DNA of 58,444 nucleotides from Chromera velia (Eukaryota): assembly GCA_018398765.1 (NCBI GenBank), contig JAHBMJ010000053.1:1-58444 (forward strand). Reading direction: 5' to 3'. Shown here one piece after another: positions 36,700 through 49,494 of the stretch; the first letter of the stretch is position 1, and each line of letters begins with the position of its first letter. The translations under genes and the position numbers were made by a program. The notes under the pieces were generated by a model, which was not told the DNA's origin, did not search any database, and saw nothing but the letters and a program-made list of their open reading frames with translations.

Positions 36700-37435
36700 C
36701 CTATGTTTTTTTCTACCTGCCTGACTGCCTCCGAAATTTCGCCCTTCTTGCTTGCTTGACTGCCCTCTAGCTTTCGGCCTTTCTATCTGGCTAAATGTCT
36801 TCCCAATTTTAGCCTTTCCGCCTGCTCTATTGCCTTCCTAATTTCGGCCTTCGCCGTGCTCCCAATTTCGGTTTTCCTGCCTGCCCGATTGCCTTCCGAA
36901 TTTCGGCTTTCTTGCCTGCCTGACTGCCTTCCAGAGTTTTGCATTCCTGCCATGCTGACTGCTTTCCCATTTCGGCCTTCTTGCCTGCCTGTTTCGGTCT
37001 TTCTGTCTGCCTCAATGCTTTCCAAATTTCAGCCTTTCTGTCTGCGTGACTAACTTTGCAATTTTGGCCTTCTTGCCTGTCCGGTTGCCTTCCCAATTTC
37101 GGCTTTCCTGCCTGCCTGATTGCCTTCCCTATTTTAGCCTTCCTTCCTGCCCAACTTTCCTCCTAATGCTTCCTAATTTCGGTCATCCTGCTTGCCCGAT
37201 GGCCTTCCTAATTTTGTTCTTCCTGCTGGCCCGACTGTCTTTCCAAGTTCGGCCTTCTTGTGTGTCTGACTGCCTCCCAGAGTTCGTTCTTTCTGCCTAC
37301 ATGCCTGCCTTCCAATTTTGGTCTTCTTGGCGGCCTGACTGCCTTCCAATTTCGGCCTTCCTGGCCGCCTGATTGCCTTCCCGATTTCGGCCTTCCTACC
37401 CGTCCGATTGCTTTCCCAATTTCGGTCTTCCTGCT
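36700..37435. repeat. Degenerate minisatellite, ~34-35-bp unit (AATTTCGGCCTTCTTGCCTGCCTGACTGCCTTCC-like), roughly 20 copies
   Basis: Recurrent AATTTCGGC(C/T)TT and GACTGCCTTCC/GATTGCCTTCC motifs at about 35-bp spacing. Confidence 0.85.
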
Positions 37436-37587
37436 TTTATGTATCATTCTGATGCAAATTAAAAATACAGGTTGTATTTGCATGTATGCTTTTATGTATA
37501 TTCTGGCGATTTGACTGACTTTCTGTTTGTGTGCACGTATTTCTGCAGGTGGCATTCATGGGTGTGCATGTTTAATATATACTGAGA

Positions 37588-37589
<2 letters not shown>

Positions 37590-37624
<35 letters not shown>
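37590..37624. repeat. Poly(C) tract of 35 nt
   Basis: Read directly from the sequence. Confidence 0.9.
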
Positions 37625-37625
<1 letters not shown>

Positions 37626-39031
37626 TTGAGCAGTGCCTCGTATGAATTGAAAACAAAAGAGTTATGATCATGAGAAGAAATGCTTCAATCAGATCGATTC
37701 AGAGCCATTCAGATGCATTTCTTAGCGCTAATTTACGATGATAGGTACCAGATAATTTATGGTTTTAAAAAAATATATACTCTATATATACATTTTTTTA
37801 TTTCATTTTTTAAACATCTTACTAAGCTTAAATAGTCTTAAATAAATTATGAAAATCAATTAGTTTAAAGGTTAAACTATCTATTTTAATGTTTTGAAAA
37901 CTAAATTTTTCAAAGTCACTTTCCAGTACAAAGGTTTCAATTGTCAGTACAGTCAGTTTAAGGTAGTGAGATGGAAGGAGAAGGAGAAAAGAGGAGAAAG
38001 GAAAGAAACGGGATGAGAGGTGATTGCAGTGAATGCTGGGTGAATATAAATATGTTGTTTCTCTGGCTGTCTCTGTCTATTGTCTTCACTTTCCCTCTAG
38101 CTGTGTGTTTGTTTGTTTGGGTGTGATGGGGAGAGTGAAAGAGAAAGAAAGTAAGCCGAACGCGAAGGAGAAAAAAAGAAGAGACAGTACCAGAAACAGA
38201 AGCCCACTAACTCAAAGTCCATTCCAAAGAGAATTGAAAAGTTATGGTGCGAAGGAGAAGAGTGCAGGTGAGACAAGCGTCTCATGAAAAGAAGTTGCCC
38301 TTGGAAGTGAAAGCAAGTGAGAGAAGGCACACAAGCTCACAGAGTTCAGAGTCAAAGCGAGCACCGTTAGGCGACCACATTAAATTTTGCTCGTATGTGG
38401 TCCCAATTCATTCCGACTATCTGTCGCAGTGTTTGTGGTCCTCCGGTACCCATGCATGCAAATTGCCATGGCCCGGCTTGCAGAGGATTGCCCAAAAAAA
38501 TATGATGTAATATTATCGTATGCAGACATTGGAATTGAGACCCTGAGGTGATTGTGTTGTGTGTGTGGTCGAGCATATCACAGAGGAGTTGGTGTGTAGA
38601 TGGTTTGTATTGTCTACCATGTGAGAGCGATTGAGAGTCACTGAGTCAGTGCAAAGCGTGTCCGCTCAGTGTTTGTGTTTTAAGCAAATTTTAAAACGGA
38701 CTTCGGAATCATTTATGTTAGATTAGGCTTTGAAAAGAGGTCTGGCGGGCAGGTATGAGGAAGTGTAAGAAGGTGGGACAGCAATGTGATAAGCGCATTT
38801 CATTTATGTTCGAGTTTGCGTGTGAATGAATTCGTCAAGGACCTGGTGTGCATATGATATTATGAGGAAAGCATGGAACCGAGCGTGGACGTTGGCTTTG
38901 GCCGGGGGGCAGGTATGAGCCTTACGCTTGAGCGCGCCGCAAAGAGGCGTAGCAGCGGCAAGCATGGCAGGACGCGCGCGATAGACTGAATTATGCCAGT
39001 GATCAAAGAGAGCGCGCGCGCACAGCAATTG

Positions 39032-40833
39032 TAATGGAGATTCTAGGTAATCGATAGTCTCTTCCAACAGCTGAGATCTTATGTTGTCTGTGTACAAATG
39101 TGTTGGTAGGAGCACACGGTCAATCTATCATAATCTAGTACAATCCAACAGGCTGCTATCTGATTCAATTGGGACTTATCGAATACATGCTAATTAAACG
39201 ACATACAAAAAACGTATGCATGCAAAAGCCTTCGGAGACTGAAGCTTCGCATACACGCCGAGCTAAACATCAATAGCTCGAAATCAGTATGCCAATTAAT
39301 CGCAGTATTACTTCAATCCTTGGAAGCCGATGGATAGACTTTAGGCATGATTAAAGAACACACGTAGTATCCCGCGCGCGACGCCCCTCCGTATCTATAC
39401 CGCTGTCTTTTGTCTATCGCTGACGGTTGTCAGGTGCACTTGCAGAAGCAAACAACAACAAAAGGCTGTAACGTAGAAAATCAATCATATGTAGATTATT
39501 TTAGAACAAAACAAAGAAAGGACAAACGCGCCTTCCAAAGAGAACGAAGACCATCATCACCAGTCCAATGGACTGTAGACATGAATAAATCAAGTAAAAA
39601 CGAAACAGGCCATCTCAAAATATACAACTCCAAAAACAGAAAAATAAGTTTGTCAACCAGGACAACCGCAGGTGCATTACAAGAAAGAAGGGTCCAGATA
39701 AGATGAGAGGATATTAGGCCCCCCTTGGCCGAAACAGAAGGAACACAGGAGAAAGCATGCATCAAACACACTCTACGAAATGAAGGTAGGTTAGGAAAAG
39801 ACGACCATCCTCCAGAAATAGGCAACAGAGAAAAAGTAACCAAATCACGAAAGAAATTAATAAGAACATCACAGTTAGAATTAACAACAGTAAAAAGCAA
39901 AATCAAAGGAGATTCCGATAAAGAGAAAAGACGCAGACCAAACACCGTAGATCCTTTTTGACGCTCTAAAACGCACGCAGGACTGTAGAAGTCTTCCTCA
40001 AGTAACTTTTCTATCATAGAGTCATCTGGCCCGTTACTCATGCCACAGTTAGCCACAGTCAGACCTAAAAACAATCGTTCTATCGTCCATGTATCTTCCT
40101 GTCATCCATTTCTCCCCCCCCCCATGAAGGCCTCGATCTCATCAATGCTTTCCACGCGGCAAAAAATCGGGCCCCACCAGGAGAACAAGGACTCCCTTGA
40201 GGAAAACCTTCATGCTGTCTGACCATCTTCCCTCAAACTCAAATTATATTCAAAACAAAATCAAGATTAATTATACGAGTCAGCATATCAAGAAGGCAAG
40301 AAAGTGCATTCGTATAATTGCAGTGGAAAGATAAAAAAGCAACAGGTTTTAAGTAACGTCTCCGAGAATACCACTTCTCACCCTCCCCCGGGCCTGCCTC
40401 CTTAATACAAAAAGACTTATGGGTAGGCAACATAACAGAACGATATCTAGAGGAAGAATAAATAAAATGAACAAAGTTATTCAAACAAGAAAGGAAATCA
40501 ACTCTGGGTAGAGAGGGAAAAAATGCTTTAATGTCGTCCACCAGCAGACCAAGTCCACTCCGAGGCCAATACAAATTAAAAGAAAGACAAGAGCCACGAT
40601 CTGCAAGTCTCCCAAACCCTGAATTAAAGATCCCAACCTTATTCTGAAAAGCAAAGACAGAGTCAAAGTCACAATGCGGCGAAAAGTAAGAAAGACAGCC
40701 ATTCAAAGCCTTGCAAAGGAAAAAAAAAATCTCATGTCTGGCGTGTCTTTTATAAGATATCAATGGCCTGTACTTCAAATAAGACCACGGCTCAAGGAGC
40801 TCTCCCTCAACTCCCCAAGACTTACTATTTCCA
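39032..40833 (-). mobile_element. 5'-truncated, decayed retroelement with Penelope/TERT-like reverse transcriptase
   Basis: RT motifs in order on the minus strand across frameshifts: KYRPLISY (~40775), LVDDIKAFFPSLP (motif A, ~40545-40505), RQHEGFPQGSPCSP (motif B', ~40221-40180), TGRYMDDRTIVF (motif C, ~40100-40066). Boundaries are defined by the empty-site copy at 32592/32593. Confidence 0.8.
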
Positions 40834-42109
40834 GTCTGAATTATGTGTTGAGGTTGTTTGGTATTAGCAGACTAACATTGAATAGCAGGACATTGACAGA
40901 CTGGTCTGCTTGTCAGACTTCCTTCCCTAAGAATCTTTAAGAGCCCCGTTATACTCTAGAGCCCCGTACAAAGCTGACAGTGAGGCTCCTCACCCCTAGA
41001 ACTCCGGTCCAAGTATAGGGGTGTATGACACCGGGGGGGGGTTGGTGTGCAGCGCTACGAGAGCTGAGGGTGGATGCCCCCCCCCGGTATGATTCAGAAT
41101 GAGGTCATCTGAAAACGCCGGACTACAGATGGCGGGGGGGTATGAGGCATAATGGTAGATAAAAAAAACTTCTAACTTCTCAGCTATACAATATCCTAAA
41201 ATCTCTTTAACTATCTAAGACTATCTTAAAACTCAAAAACACTAATATATCTTAAACTATCAGACACTATTTAAAAGTGTCTTCAAACTAATTATGTTAC
41301 TAATATGTTACTAGCTTAGTTAACAATCGTATGCGATCTCATTCATGTACAACTTATCAATGACTGTGCAAGTCCTCAGTAATTTTTCGATCTCCGAACA
41401 GTGAGAGATGCTGAGAGGAGAGGGAAAGGCGATAGAGCGAAAGGCGATAGAGTCATACATGCATGTACTCGATCTCGGTCCATTGAGACACCATGTATAA
41501 ATACGATACACCAATTACGTACAAAGAGAAGGACTGAGGAAGGAGAAGAAAAGTTAATGTTGGAACAGTGTTACCTGACTACCCCAACGCGAAGTCACCC
41601 CGATACGTTCTGACAAGCCTATGGATTCAGAGCACCCACTTTGTCCTTCCAAGCGGGGGGCTTCGGATCTATCGCCTGGTGCACACTTGAAAGGCAGTGA
41701 GTTCGAGGACGAGAAAAGTCTCACTCACTCTTTAAAGGAATGTCGATCTTGCAGGGGATATACCACAAAAAAGATGGGTTGATAGCAGAAGAAGGGTCAT
41801 TGGGATCAACGCGGACAAAGTTCAGCAGACGAGGATTCAACAACACGATCTCTTCACACTGTTCCCTTTTTTTGTGAAGCTTTCTTCTCTTTGTATTCAC
41901 TCCAAAATACACCGACGGAAAGGCCGTCATCTTTCCGGCCTCACTCCCGTCTCTGTTCCAATCTACACTTACAAACTGACTTCCTTCTTGATCGACACGT
42001 GAAGAGAAAATCACTCTGTTTACCTCAGATCAGCTGACATCCGATTCAGTAGAGCAGAGCGTCTGCCACAATGCATGTCCGCAGGCTGAGAGTCTGCCAT
42101 AATACAATA

Positions 42110-42514
42110 TACCAAGCGCAACTCAATTTGGCATGATTACAATTGTGATTGCAAATGTGAAAAAGATTTTTATCGTACAAACAGTCTTTTAAAACTTGCG
42201 ATATATTTCTGATAATATTTGTAAAGTCTGTGCAAATTTTTAAGTTCGTACGCGAAACCGATTATGTTTGTGAAAAATATGAAAATTCAAAGTCAGGATT
42301 CGTTTTCCAGGGCCGCCCGACTTTGAATTTTCATATTTTTTGTAAACGTAATTGGTCACGCGTACGAACTTGAAAATTTGTACAGACTTTACAAATATTA
42401 TCAGAAACATGTTGCAAGTCTGAAAAAACTGTTTCCGCGATAAAAATATTTTTCACATTTGCAATCCCAAACGTAATTGGCTGTATGGGTTTCCAAATTG
42501 AGTTGCACTTGGTA
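42110..42514. mobile_element. Foldback MITE with ~185-bp inverted arms, TA-flanked
   Basis: TA|TACCAAGCGCAACTCAATTTGG... and ...CCAAATTGAGTTGCACTTGGTA|TA. Arms are complementary through to AAATTCAAAGTC / GACTTTGAATTT, with a ~25-nt loop at 42295-42319. Confidence 0.88.
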
Positions 42515-43552
42515 TACAATACAATGCATGCATGCATGCATGCATTAAAAAGCTGAACGTCAGCCTCGGTGGGCAACTCCGCATGGACACCGGGGGGGGG
42601 TATCCCTTCTTGCATGGGCCGGTAGCAGCGGACGCCGGGAGGGGCGGTGTCCGGCGCATCGAGCGCGAAGCGCCCGATGCCCGTCCCGCAATCCACGGGC
42701 ATAACGGAGCAAGCTTGGATGCCCCGCCCCCCCCGGTGTCCTAATAGGAGGATACACCCCTATGTCCAAGTGGCGGACCATTAAAAGACGTACAGGCTAA
42801 AAACTGCCTTCACAACCCCTTTGAGGGCCCTCATAGCCCCCCCTCCAACGGAGGACCACTCCAACGACCTCCAATGCACCCGCTCCCGCGAGTGCTGTTG
42901 AAGAAATGAGGAGCGCTTGGATAGAAGGGCCCTGGAGATCCCGTTAAGGATTCTATGCAGCGACAGCACCATATGGTAGCTTATCGCATGATCGCGTACA
43001 CGATCAGAGGGAAAACCACAGACAAGAAGAAAACCGTAGACAAGACGGAAACGGGCATTGCTTTAGAAAAAAATAAACTTAGGAACATCTCCCTGCTCGT
43101 GCGTCAGAAGAAGATCTCGCGCTTTGCAGCCACCGAGGCCCCCTAGAATCTCAGCTGTCAAGTCTTCTTCATCGGAAGAGGCCTGCCAAAAAATCACGTG
43201 CCTTAGGTATATTACACTGCACGTACAACGAGGAGGTGATAATAAGTTCAGAGACTACTTCATATGTAAGAGCTACAACAAGGCGAAAAGTTCCAAATTA
43301 CTGTAGAGAAAGAAGCAGCCAGGCGGGCAGCAGCTTCAAGACTGACAGAATTGAGCATGCAGCACGAAGGTCCAGATTGTAGGTATTAGAGATCATCTAC
43401 AAAAATTAAAGTCATTCGGACTGCAAAATGCGTATGCTACCAAGGGGGGGGGGGTCCTTGGGTCCTATCAAAATGAACGACTTCCGCAACCAGCAAAACA
43501 GCATGAGGTCAAGAATGACTTCTTTGTGGCTGTTTTCAAGCAGACCACAATC

Positions 43553-44642
43553 TCAAAGAATCGAACTCCTGGACATGTCAGATTGAGCCCCGAGGGTGGA
43601 GACTGACGGTGCGGCGACAACGTTTCGGATCTTGACCCAGTCAATGTCGTTCCCGGCGTTCTCCTTCAGAGGGGTCAGAAGAGGGATCAGACGAATGTTG
43701 TCGCACTCGAAAAAGTTTTGCATAGACTGTCCAGCCAGCTTCGTCAGATACTCATTGAACATCTGTAGACAGCATCAGGCAGCAGGTCAACTTTGAATCC
43801 GTATCTTGAATCATTCTTGTTGGGCTCACGGATTTTAAGGCTGAATAGATGAATGTGTTTTGCAATCATTTTGGAAAATTCTGTTTTGAATGTGCCTTTC
43901 GAGTCAAGCTTCGACGCATTTTTTGACCTTGCTGTGAGCGTTCACTCTTCGGAGAACTTAAGCTCATGTCGATTGCCTGCGACGGTAAGTCTCTCTCGTC
44001 TCTGTGTCTAGCTGCACAAATCTGCTCGTTCGATAGAGACTTTCTTCCCGGATGACGCTTCTTCCATTTACACCCCTCCGTCACAGACAGATGCTCACCA
44101 TCAGGAGTTCGAGCTCGCAAGTGGAAATTTTGATCTGCTTCAGGGGCTGCAAGTAGGCTGTGGCATATACAGCGTCAATGCGCATTGTTCGAAAGAAGCC
44201 CGTCGAAAAATTCACCCGCCCCCGAAGCCTCCTTTGTTCCTCCTTCCGAACTCCCATAGGGACTTTCGAATAGGTGTAGATACTGTCGCAGTGCTAGTAC
44301 TGCTCCGCTGGCTCCTTCTTCTGTCATGACCGTGAACTTGAAATCGGCTGAGTTCTGGTCAGCACACGGGACGTCGTAAAATAGAGTGCCAACCGGTGGG
44401 ACAATCTCCGCCCCGTCCGGCGTCGAGACAACCCATTCCGTGAGGGTTAGCCGAACTTCTGCAACAGGACTTCCTGGTGCTTCTTCAATGTCGTGCAAAG
44501 TCCGTGAAGGGAAGTGCTCTCTTCTTGTCGCAATGTATTGCAGCATTGATTGAACAGTCTCCATTGAAGTCATCCGATCTCCTTCCCAACGATGGAAGGA
44601 GCCGGAGTTTTTTCTTGGAGGTTCAATCGGAACAGTCGGCAT
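43553..44642 (-). CDS. Hypothetical protein or pseudogene (fragmented ORFs)
   Basis: 155-aa ORF 44642-44175 with natural composition, a second-frame continuation (RTMRIDAVYATAYLQPLKQIK) and a downstream segment MFNEYLTKLAGQ...SSIL* after an AG. Structure unresolved. Confidence 0.35.
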
Positions 44643-45423
44643 CAGCGCTCTTTCTCTCTGTCTTTTTATGTTTGCAGGTGTGAAGCAGACTTAGGATGTC
44701 AATAGGAGACCGTCTGCATCGACGCGATGTACTGAAGAATGCCAAGACATCACCATCCGCATTGCATGCAACACTGCAAGCAATTAATTTTTGCAGCGGT
44801 GCATGGTCCCGGAAAGTTCAGCCCACAGCTCTCCAGGAAAGCGATCTTGCAAGCCCGATTTTTTTTGTATCCTTTCAGAGAAGCACATCACGGATCATCA
44901 CCGTAGCTGGCAAATCAGCAGACAGGTGTGGAGAAGCGCCTTGTACATTCAATGTCTACCATTGCACGTGCATGTACGTACTGGTCCATTGTCTTCGGTC
45001 ACTGCGTAGGCGGTTGACTGGCTCTCTGGACTTTACTTTAAGAAGTGCGTGGGACAGCATGTGCGTGTTGTCAGACTGATCGTCTTCTTCGTCTCATGTG
45101 TGATTTAATCCTAGAAGCCGAGACAGCCGTTCAATGGAGTGAGGAGGGCCTGCGCGAGTAACTGAAGGGGAGGAGACAGGTTTCTAAACGCGTGGAGACA
45201 GGCCACTGGTCGGTTGCCCACTTTTCTGTTTATTCTGTTCTCGCCTTGGGAAGAGGGCTGAGGAGACGGGAAATCGACTGATCAAGTACGTGTGTTCTTT
45301 TGTGTCCGTTGCAGAAAAGAAGCCGCTCCCTGAGGTGACCACCCTTTCATAATTGTTGGATAAAGGCGGAAAGTGCGCCACAGACTCCTTCTCCGAGGAA
45401 AGAAAAAGAGAAAAGAGGACAAG

Positions 45424-48400
45424 ATGTGGGGGTGGCTGGCGCAGACGAGTGGGGATGTGGGGGTGCACTTCACTGAGTTCCTTTCTGGTTGTCTGGACTT
45501 TCTGAACCGTCTCTTCATTGATCCTATGGTCCTTCCAAACGACGGGTTTGGACTGGGTCAATTGTGCTTTCTGCTCCTCGTCTACGGGTACATCGCGTTC
45601 CTGGCTGCCAAGGTCATGACGATTGGGGCGGTGAGTAGACTGGATCGATGGATATGCATCTACTGGGGGCCGGCCTCTTGCTCATTCGGGGCTCGAGAGT
45701 GATGACTTGTTTTCTCCTTCTACCGATCCCACTTTTTGCTCTCCCCTTTGTGCCGCTCTTGTCTGAACAGGCCAGGTGGATCCTCCAATTTCCATCAGCT
45801 GCACGTATGGGGATTTCTGTATGAGAGATTTCTACTTCATTCGCTGTGCGTGCGATTGCTGTCTCCCTTTGTGTCTGGCTCCCCCTCCTCGTCTCTCTCT
45901 TTCTCTTGGAATGCTTCGCGATGGTCTTTTTATGTGCCTCTTTGAGTGCTGTGCGATGGTCCTTTTGTGTGCATCAGAGTTCACCTGAATGCACGTGGAA
46001 GGAATGTGGATTGGGCCAGTGTCTGGACGAGGGGAGACGCGAAATTGTACTTCTATGCTCCGATCTTTCCTCTGTCTTCGAGTACCTTCTTCTGTGTGCG
46101 CGTGACCGTAGCGCTTCTGCCCAAGTAGATGCTCACTCACTCACTTACCATCTCTCTTCATCCGTCGGGTCATATGGCCCTTCTCTCTCGCTGAAGTGAA
46201 GGGACCGTCAGACATCAAAGAGAGAGACAGTGCCGGTGCCAGGAAGGGATCGGCACTCCAAACTTTTCCGCCCTAGATTTCCTTTGGATTTTGGTTTCTT
46301 CGAATGAATTGATTGATGATTGTGGCATCCTTGAACGACTTGAGTCCATGAATTCATTCGTCTTCTGTCTTTTAATGTTCTTCTGCCAGGAGCTGATGAT
46401 GATGGTGCCTGCCTGGAAGCGCTGGGTTCCCCCAGTCGTCCTTCCCATCCTCAACGCCTTCCCTGAGGCCGTGCTCCTCTTCATCACCGGCTTCGTCGAC
46501 CACCCCAGGAGTGCGGTAGCGATCGGTCTGGGCACGTTGACAGGCACCACCGTACTCGCCATCATTGCCCCGACAGTGATTGTCATCCTCGCAGGGCGCG
46601 TGTCGGTCCTGCAGGTGCCTAAGGGACACGGAGACCCCGGGGGGAAGGAGGAGCTCGGACAGTCGGCAAAGGACAGGGTGAAGACCTCTCCGAGAGACGA
46701 GAAGGTGATGCAGGAAGGAGGTGAGTGCCTTCAGAGGGAAGGAGGGAAGGATTTGGCGTGTTGACATGGAACAAGTTCGACAGTGCAGATCGACTAGTGC
46801 TTGGCCTTCGAATATGTAATCACATTGACGTGTCCGATTTCTTCAAATGCCGATAGAGAACACTCAAAGTCTCAGGGAAAAGGTGACTGACGCCTCTCTT
46901 TGCTCACTGCCATCCCCCTGTTTCGTGCTGAGCTTCTCTCTGTCCCTCTCTCTTTCACACACACATACATACCCTCACTCACAGTCGCACAGAGCGGGGG
47001 GGGGGGGGAGGGATGGAGGCAGATTCAGATCCTGTGTCATGTTTCTTACTCATCAAATGACAGATGGGCCAATCGGCCGACCTCCTCTTGACCGAGTGCG
47101 TGAGTGAGTGAGTGCAGGATGGGTGTGCAACTACGACCCAGACTCCCACTGTGACATCATTGAGGAGATCAAGGCCGACCACAAGGAAGACTCCCACAAA
47201 GGTTCCGGGGGGGGGCACGGACACGGAGGCCACGACGCGCACGGCCACGGGCACGGGCACGGCCAGGGACACTCCTGCGGGTCTGCCCACCGGAAGCTTT
47301 TGAAAATCCACGACTGGTCCTTGACGCGCTCTGCCGTTGAGCCCAACGAAATCGTCTCACACAACGCCCCCCTTGTCCTTCTGTCCCTTCTGCCGTACAC
47401 ATTCCTCCTCATTCCAGCATTCATGGAATTCTATCAGGTCAGCAGGCTGATGCAAACACACACACACACACTCACACACAATCAGAGAGAGAGAGAGGCA
47501 GACAGACAGAGAGAGGCCAGAGAATGCACCAGACAGACAGAAAAGACAAGTCGCGCTCAGCTTGCTCCCTCTGTCAGTCAGTGAGTCTCTTTTCTCCCTT
47601 TCTCCCCTGTTCCCCCCCCTCGCCCGGCCCTCTCGATCGATTTATGATCGGCAACCTCATGTCGTCTTTTTGTGTTTTTGTCACATCTGCGGTGCCTCCC
47701 CTTCATCCAATTATTTTCAAACAGGCTTCGACTCTCTCTGACCTTCCGTGACTCCTCGTCTCTCCCTCCCTCCCTCCCTCCCTCAGGCCCCCGACGGCGC
47801 TGCGAATGTTGAGAGAGCCCTTCTCTGGACTGCCCTCGTGCTTTGCTACTTCTGCTTTGCCGTGTACGTCGTCTGGGCGAGATCTCAGGCAGACAACGAT
47901 CCCGTCACGCAGGCAAGAGCAGACGAAATGAGGGCACAGGCGCTGGAGGAGAATCGCCTCACCTTCAGACAGGTCCGCCAATGGGGGGCTGTAGGCAGTA
48001 GTAATGGATAAAACCCGTATGGGAATCCGAAGTGGAAATAAATTGTCCTGAAAGACGAAGAGGAATCAATCGCTTCACCTGCAGACAGGCAATAGAGATG
48101 ACATGCAAAGTGTGAGAGTGCGGGGAAAATGTCTGTCGCCAACAAGGAACGAGCATGTGCTGCGATTTAGATGGTGTCTCTCATTGTCTTCATTTTTTAT
48201 CTTCTCCCCGTGCACGACCTGCACCTGCCATGGGAGCACCCGAGTTGTGTCCCTGAGGAAACGCATCATACACTCAGTTTATGAACATGTTCGCTGCATT
48301 CAAGAGGATCTCTTATAAGAGATGATCAACAAATGGGAGAAGAATAACCTCACTGGTGCACAAAAACGGGTGACATGTTGAATCATGAACGCAGTCCACT

Positions 48401-49452
48401 TTGTCTTTCCCATCTGTCTCTCAGCTTCCTCCCTTCCTTGCTTGCTCCCTTCCTTTCTTCCTCCCTTCTGTCCTTCCTCTGTTTCCATACAGGTGGTGGA
48501 AGAACTCCTGAAAGAGATGGAAGACAAAAGAAAGGCCTTCGCAAAGAAGAAACACCCCGACGAAAGGACAGGCCATGAGGCCACAGCCCTCGATGATTCG
48601 ATTCCTGAAGAGACGCTGGAGGGAGTCATGACGATCCTCAGGCCCTACTTCGAGGAGCTGGATGCCAACAAGTCAGTGGCATTATTAATACATACACATG
48701 TTGAGTCTGCATTGGAAGCGAGAAATTGTGTCTGTCCTGATGTTTACCGTCTGATCCTCACCCTTTTTCGATTCCATCGAGACTTTCGATGCTCGTAGGT
48801 GCGCTTGTTTTTTTTTTTAAATATTTGCAGCCAGTCTGCCCCTGATGTTTCCCTTGATCTCTCTTTTTCGTTTTCTACGTCTTTCGTCCATGCATGGAAC
48901 AATTGCGAATTTCCTCCTTTTTTCTCTTTCTCCTTCTTGCGCCCTGTGAATCTTCTTCCATCCCTCAACCGAAGCACTCTCCTAACCTGACACTCCCTTT
49001 CCTTTTTGCGCCTGCTTCCCCTTCTTCCTTCTCTTTCCAGGTCGGGCTCTCTGAGCACTGCCGAGGTCTCCGTCCTCCTGCAGAGGTTGGGGGAGGACAA
49101 TTCAGATAAGGCCGTCCGGGCTTTCATGGACCATGTGGATGCAGACAGATCCGGTCAGTAGGGGAGGCAGGGAGCCAATCTGGAAGTCTGTATGTAATCT
49201 GCAGGCGCAGATGTCTGAGGAGATGAGTGAGCCTAGAGACGGTCCGGCCACGGGGCTTCGAAATATAACACACGCAACGCAGAGACATTAAAACTTTGTA
49301 AGTGCGAATCTGGGAGTATTTTCTTGAAGGGGTTTGTGCTGCACGTGCGGCTCCCTTCTCTGTTGACGCTTTCCTTTCAATTGATTTTGTCTGGTTCTCT
49401 CTCGACATGCCCTCATGCATTTTTTTTCTCGTGCTTTTTCTCTCCTTTCCTC

Positions 49453-49494
<42 letters not shown>

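Larger units (their letters stand above)
34474..37958. mobile_element. ~3.5-kb element bounded by ~48-bp terminal inverted repeats
   Basis: AACTGACTGTACTGACAATTGAAACTTTTGTACTAGAAAGTGACTTT at 34474 versus the reverse complement of ~37912-37958 (two transition mismatches). No TSD or transposase ORF identified. Confidence 0.65.

Noticed and set aside
36700..37435. ~35-bp periodic repeats as a CRISPR array
   Set aside because: Units are contiguous and degenerate with no unique spacers, and there are no cas genes; this is a minisatellite.
38033..38640. Decayed ORF-like region with a CCVCGRAYH motif
   Set aside because: Multiple stops and too little signal to assign a zinc-finger or transposon family.
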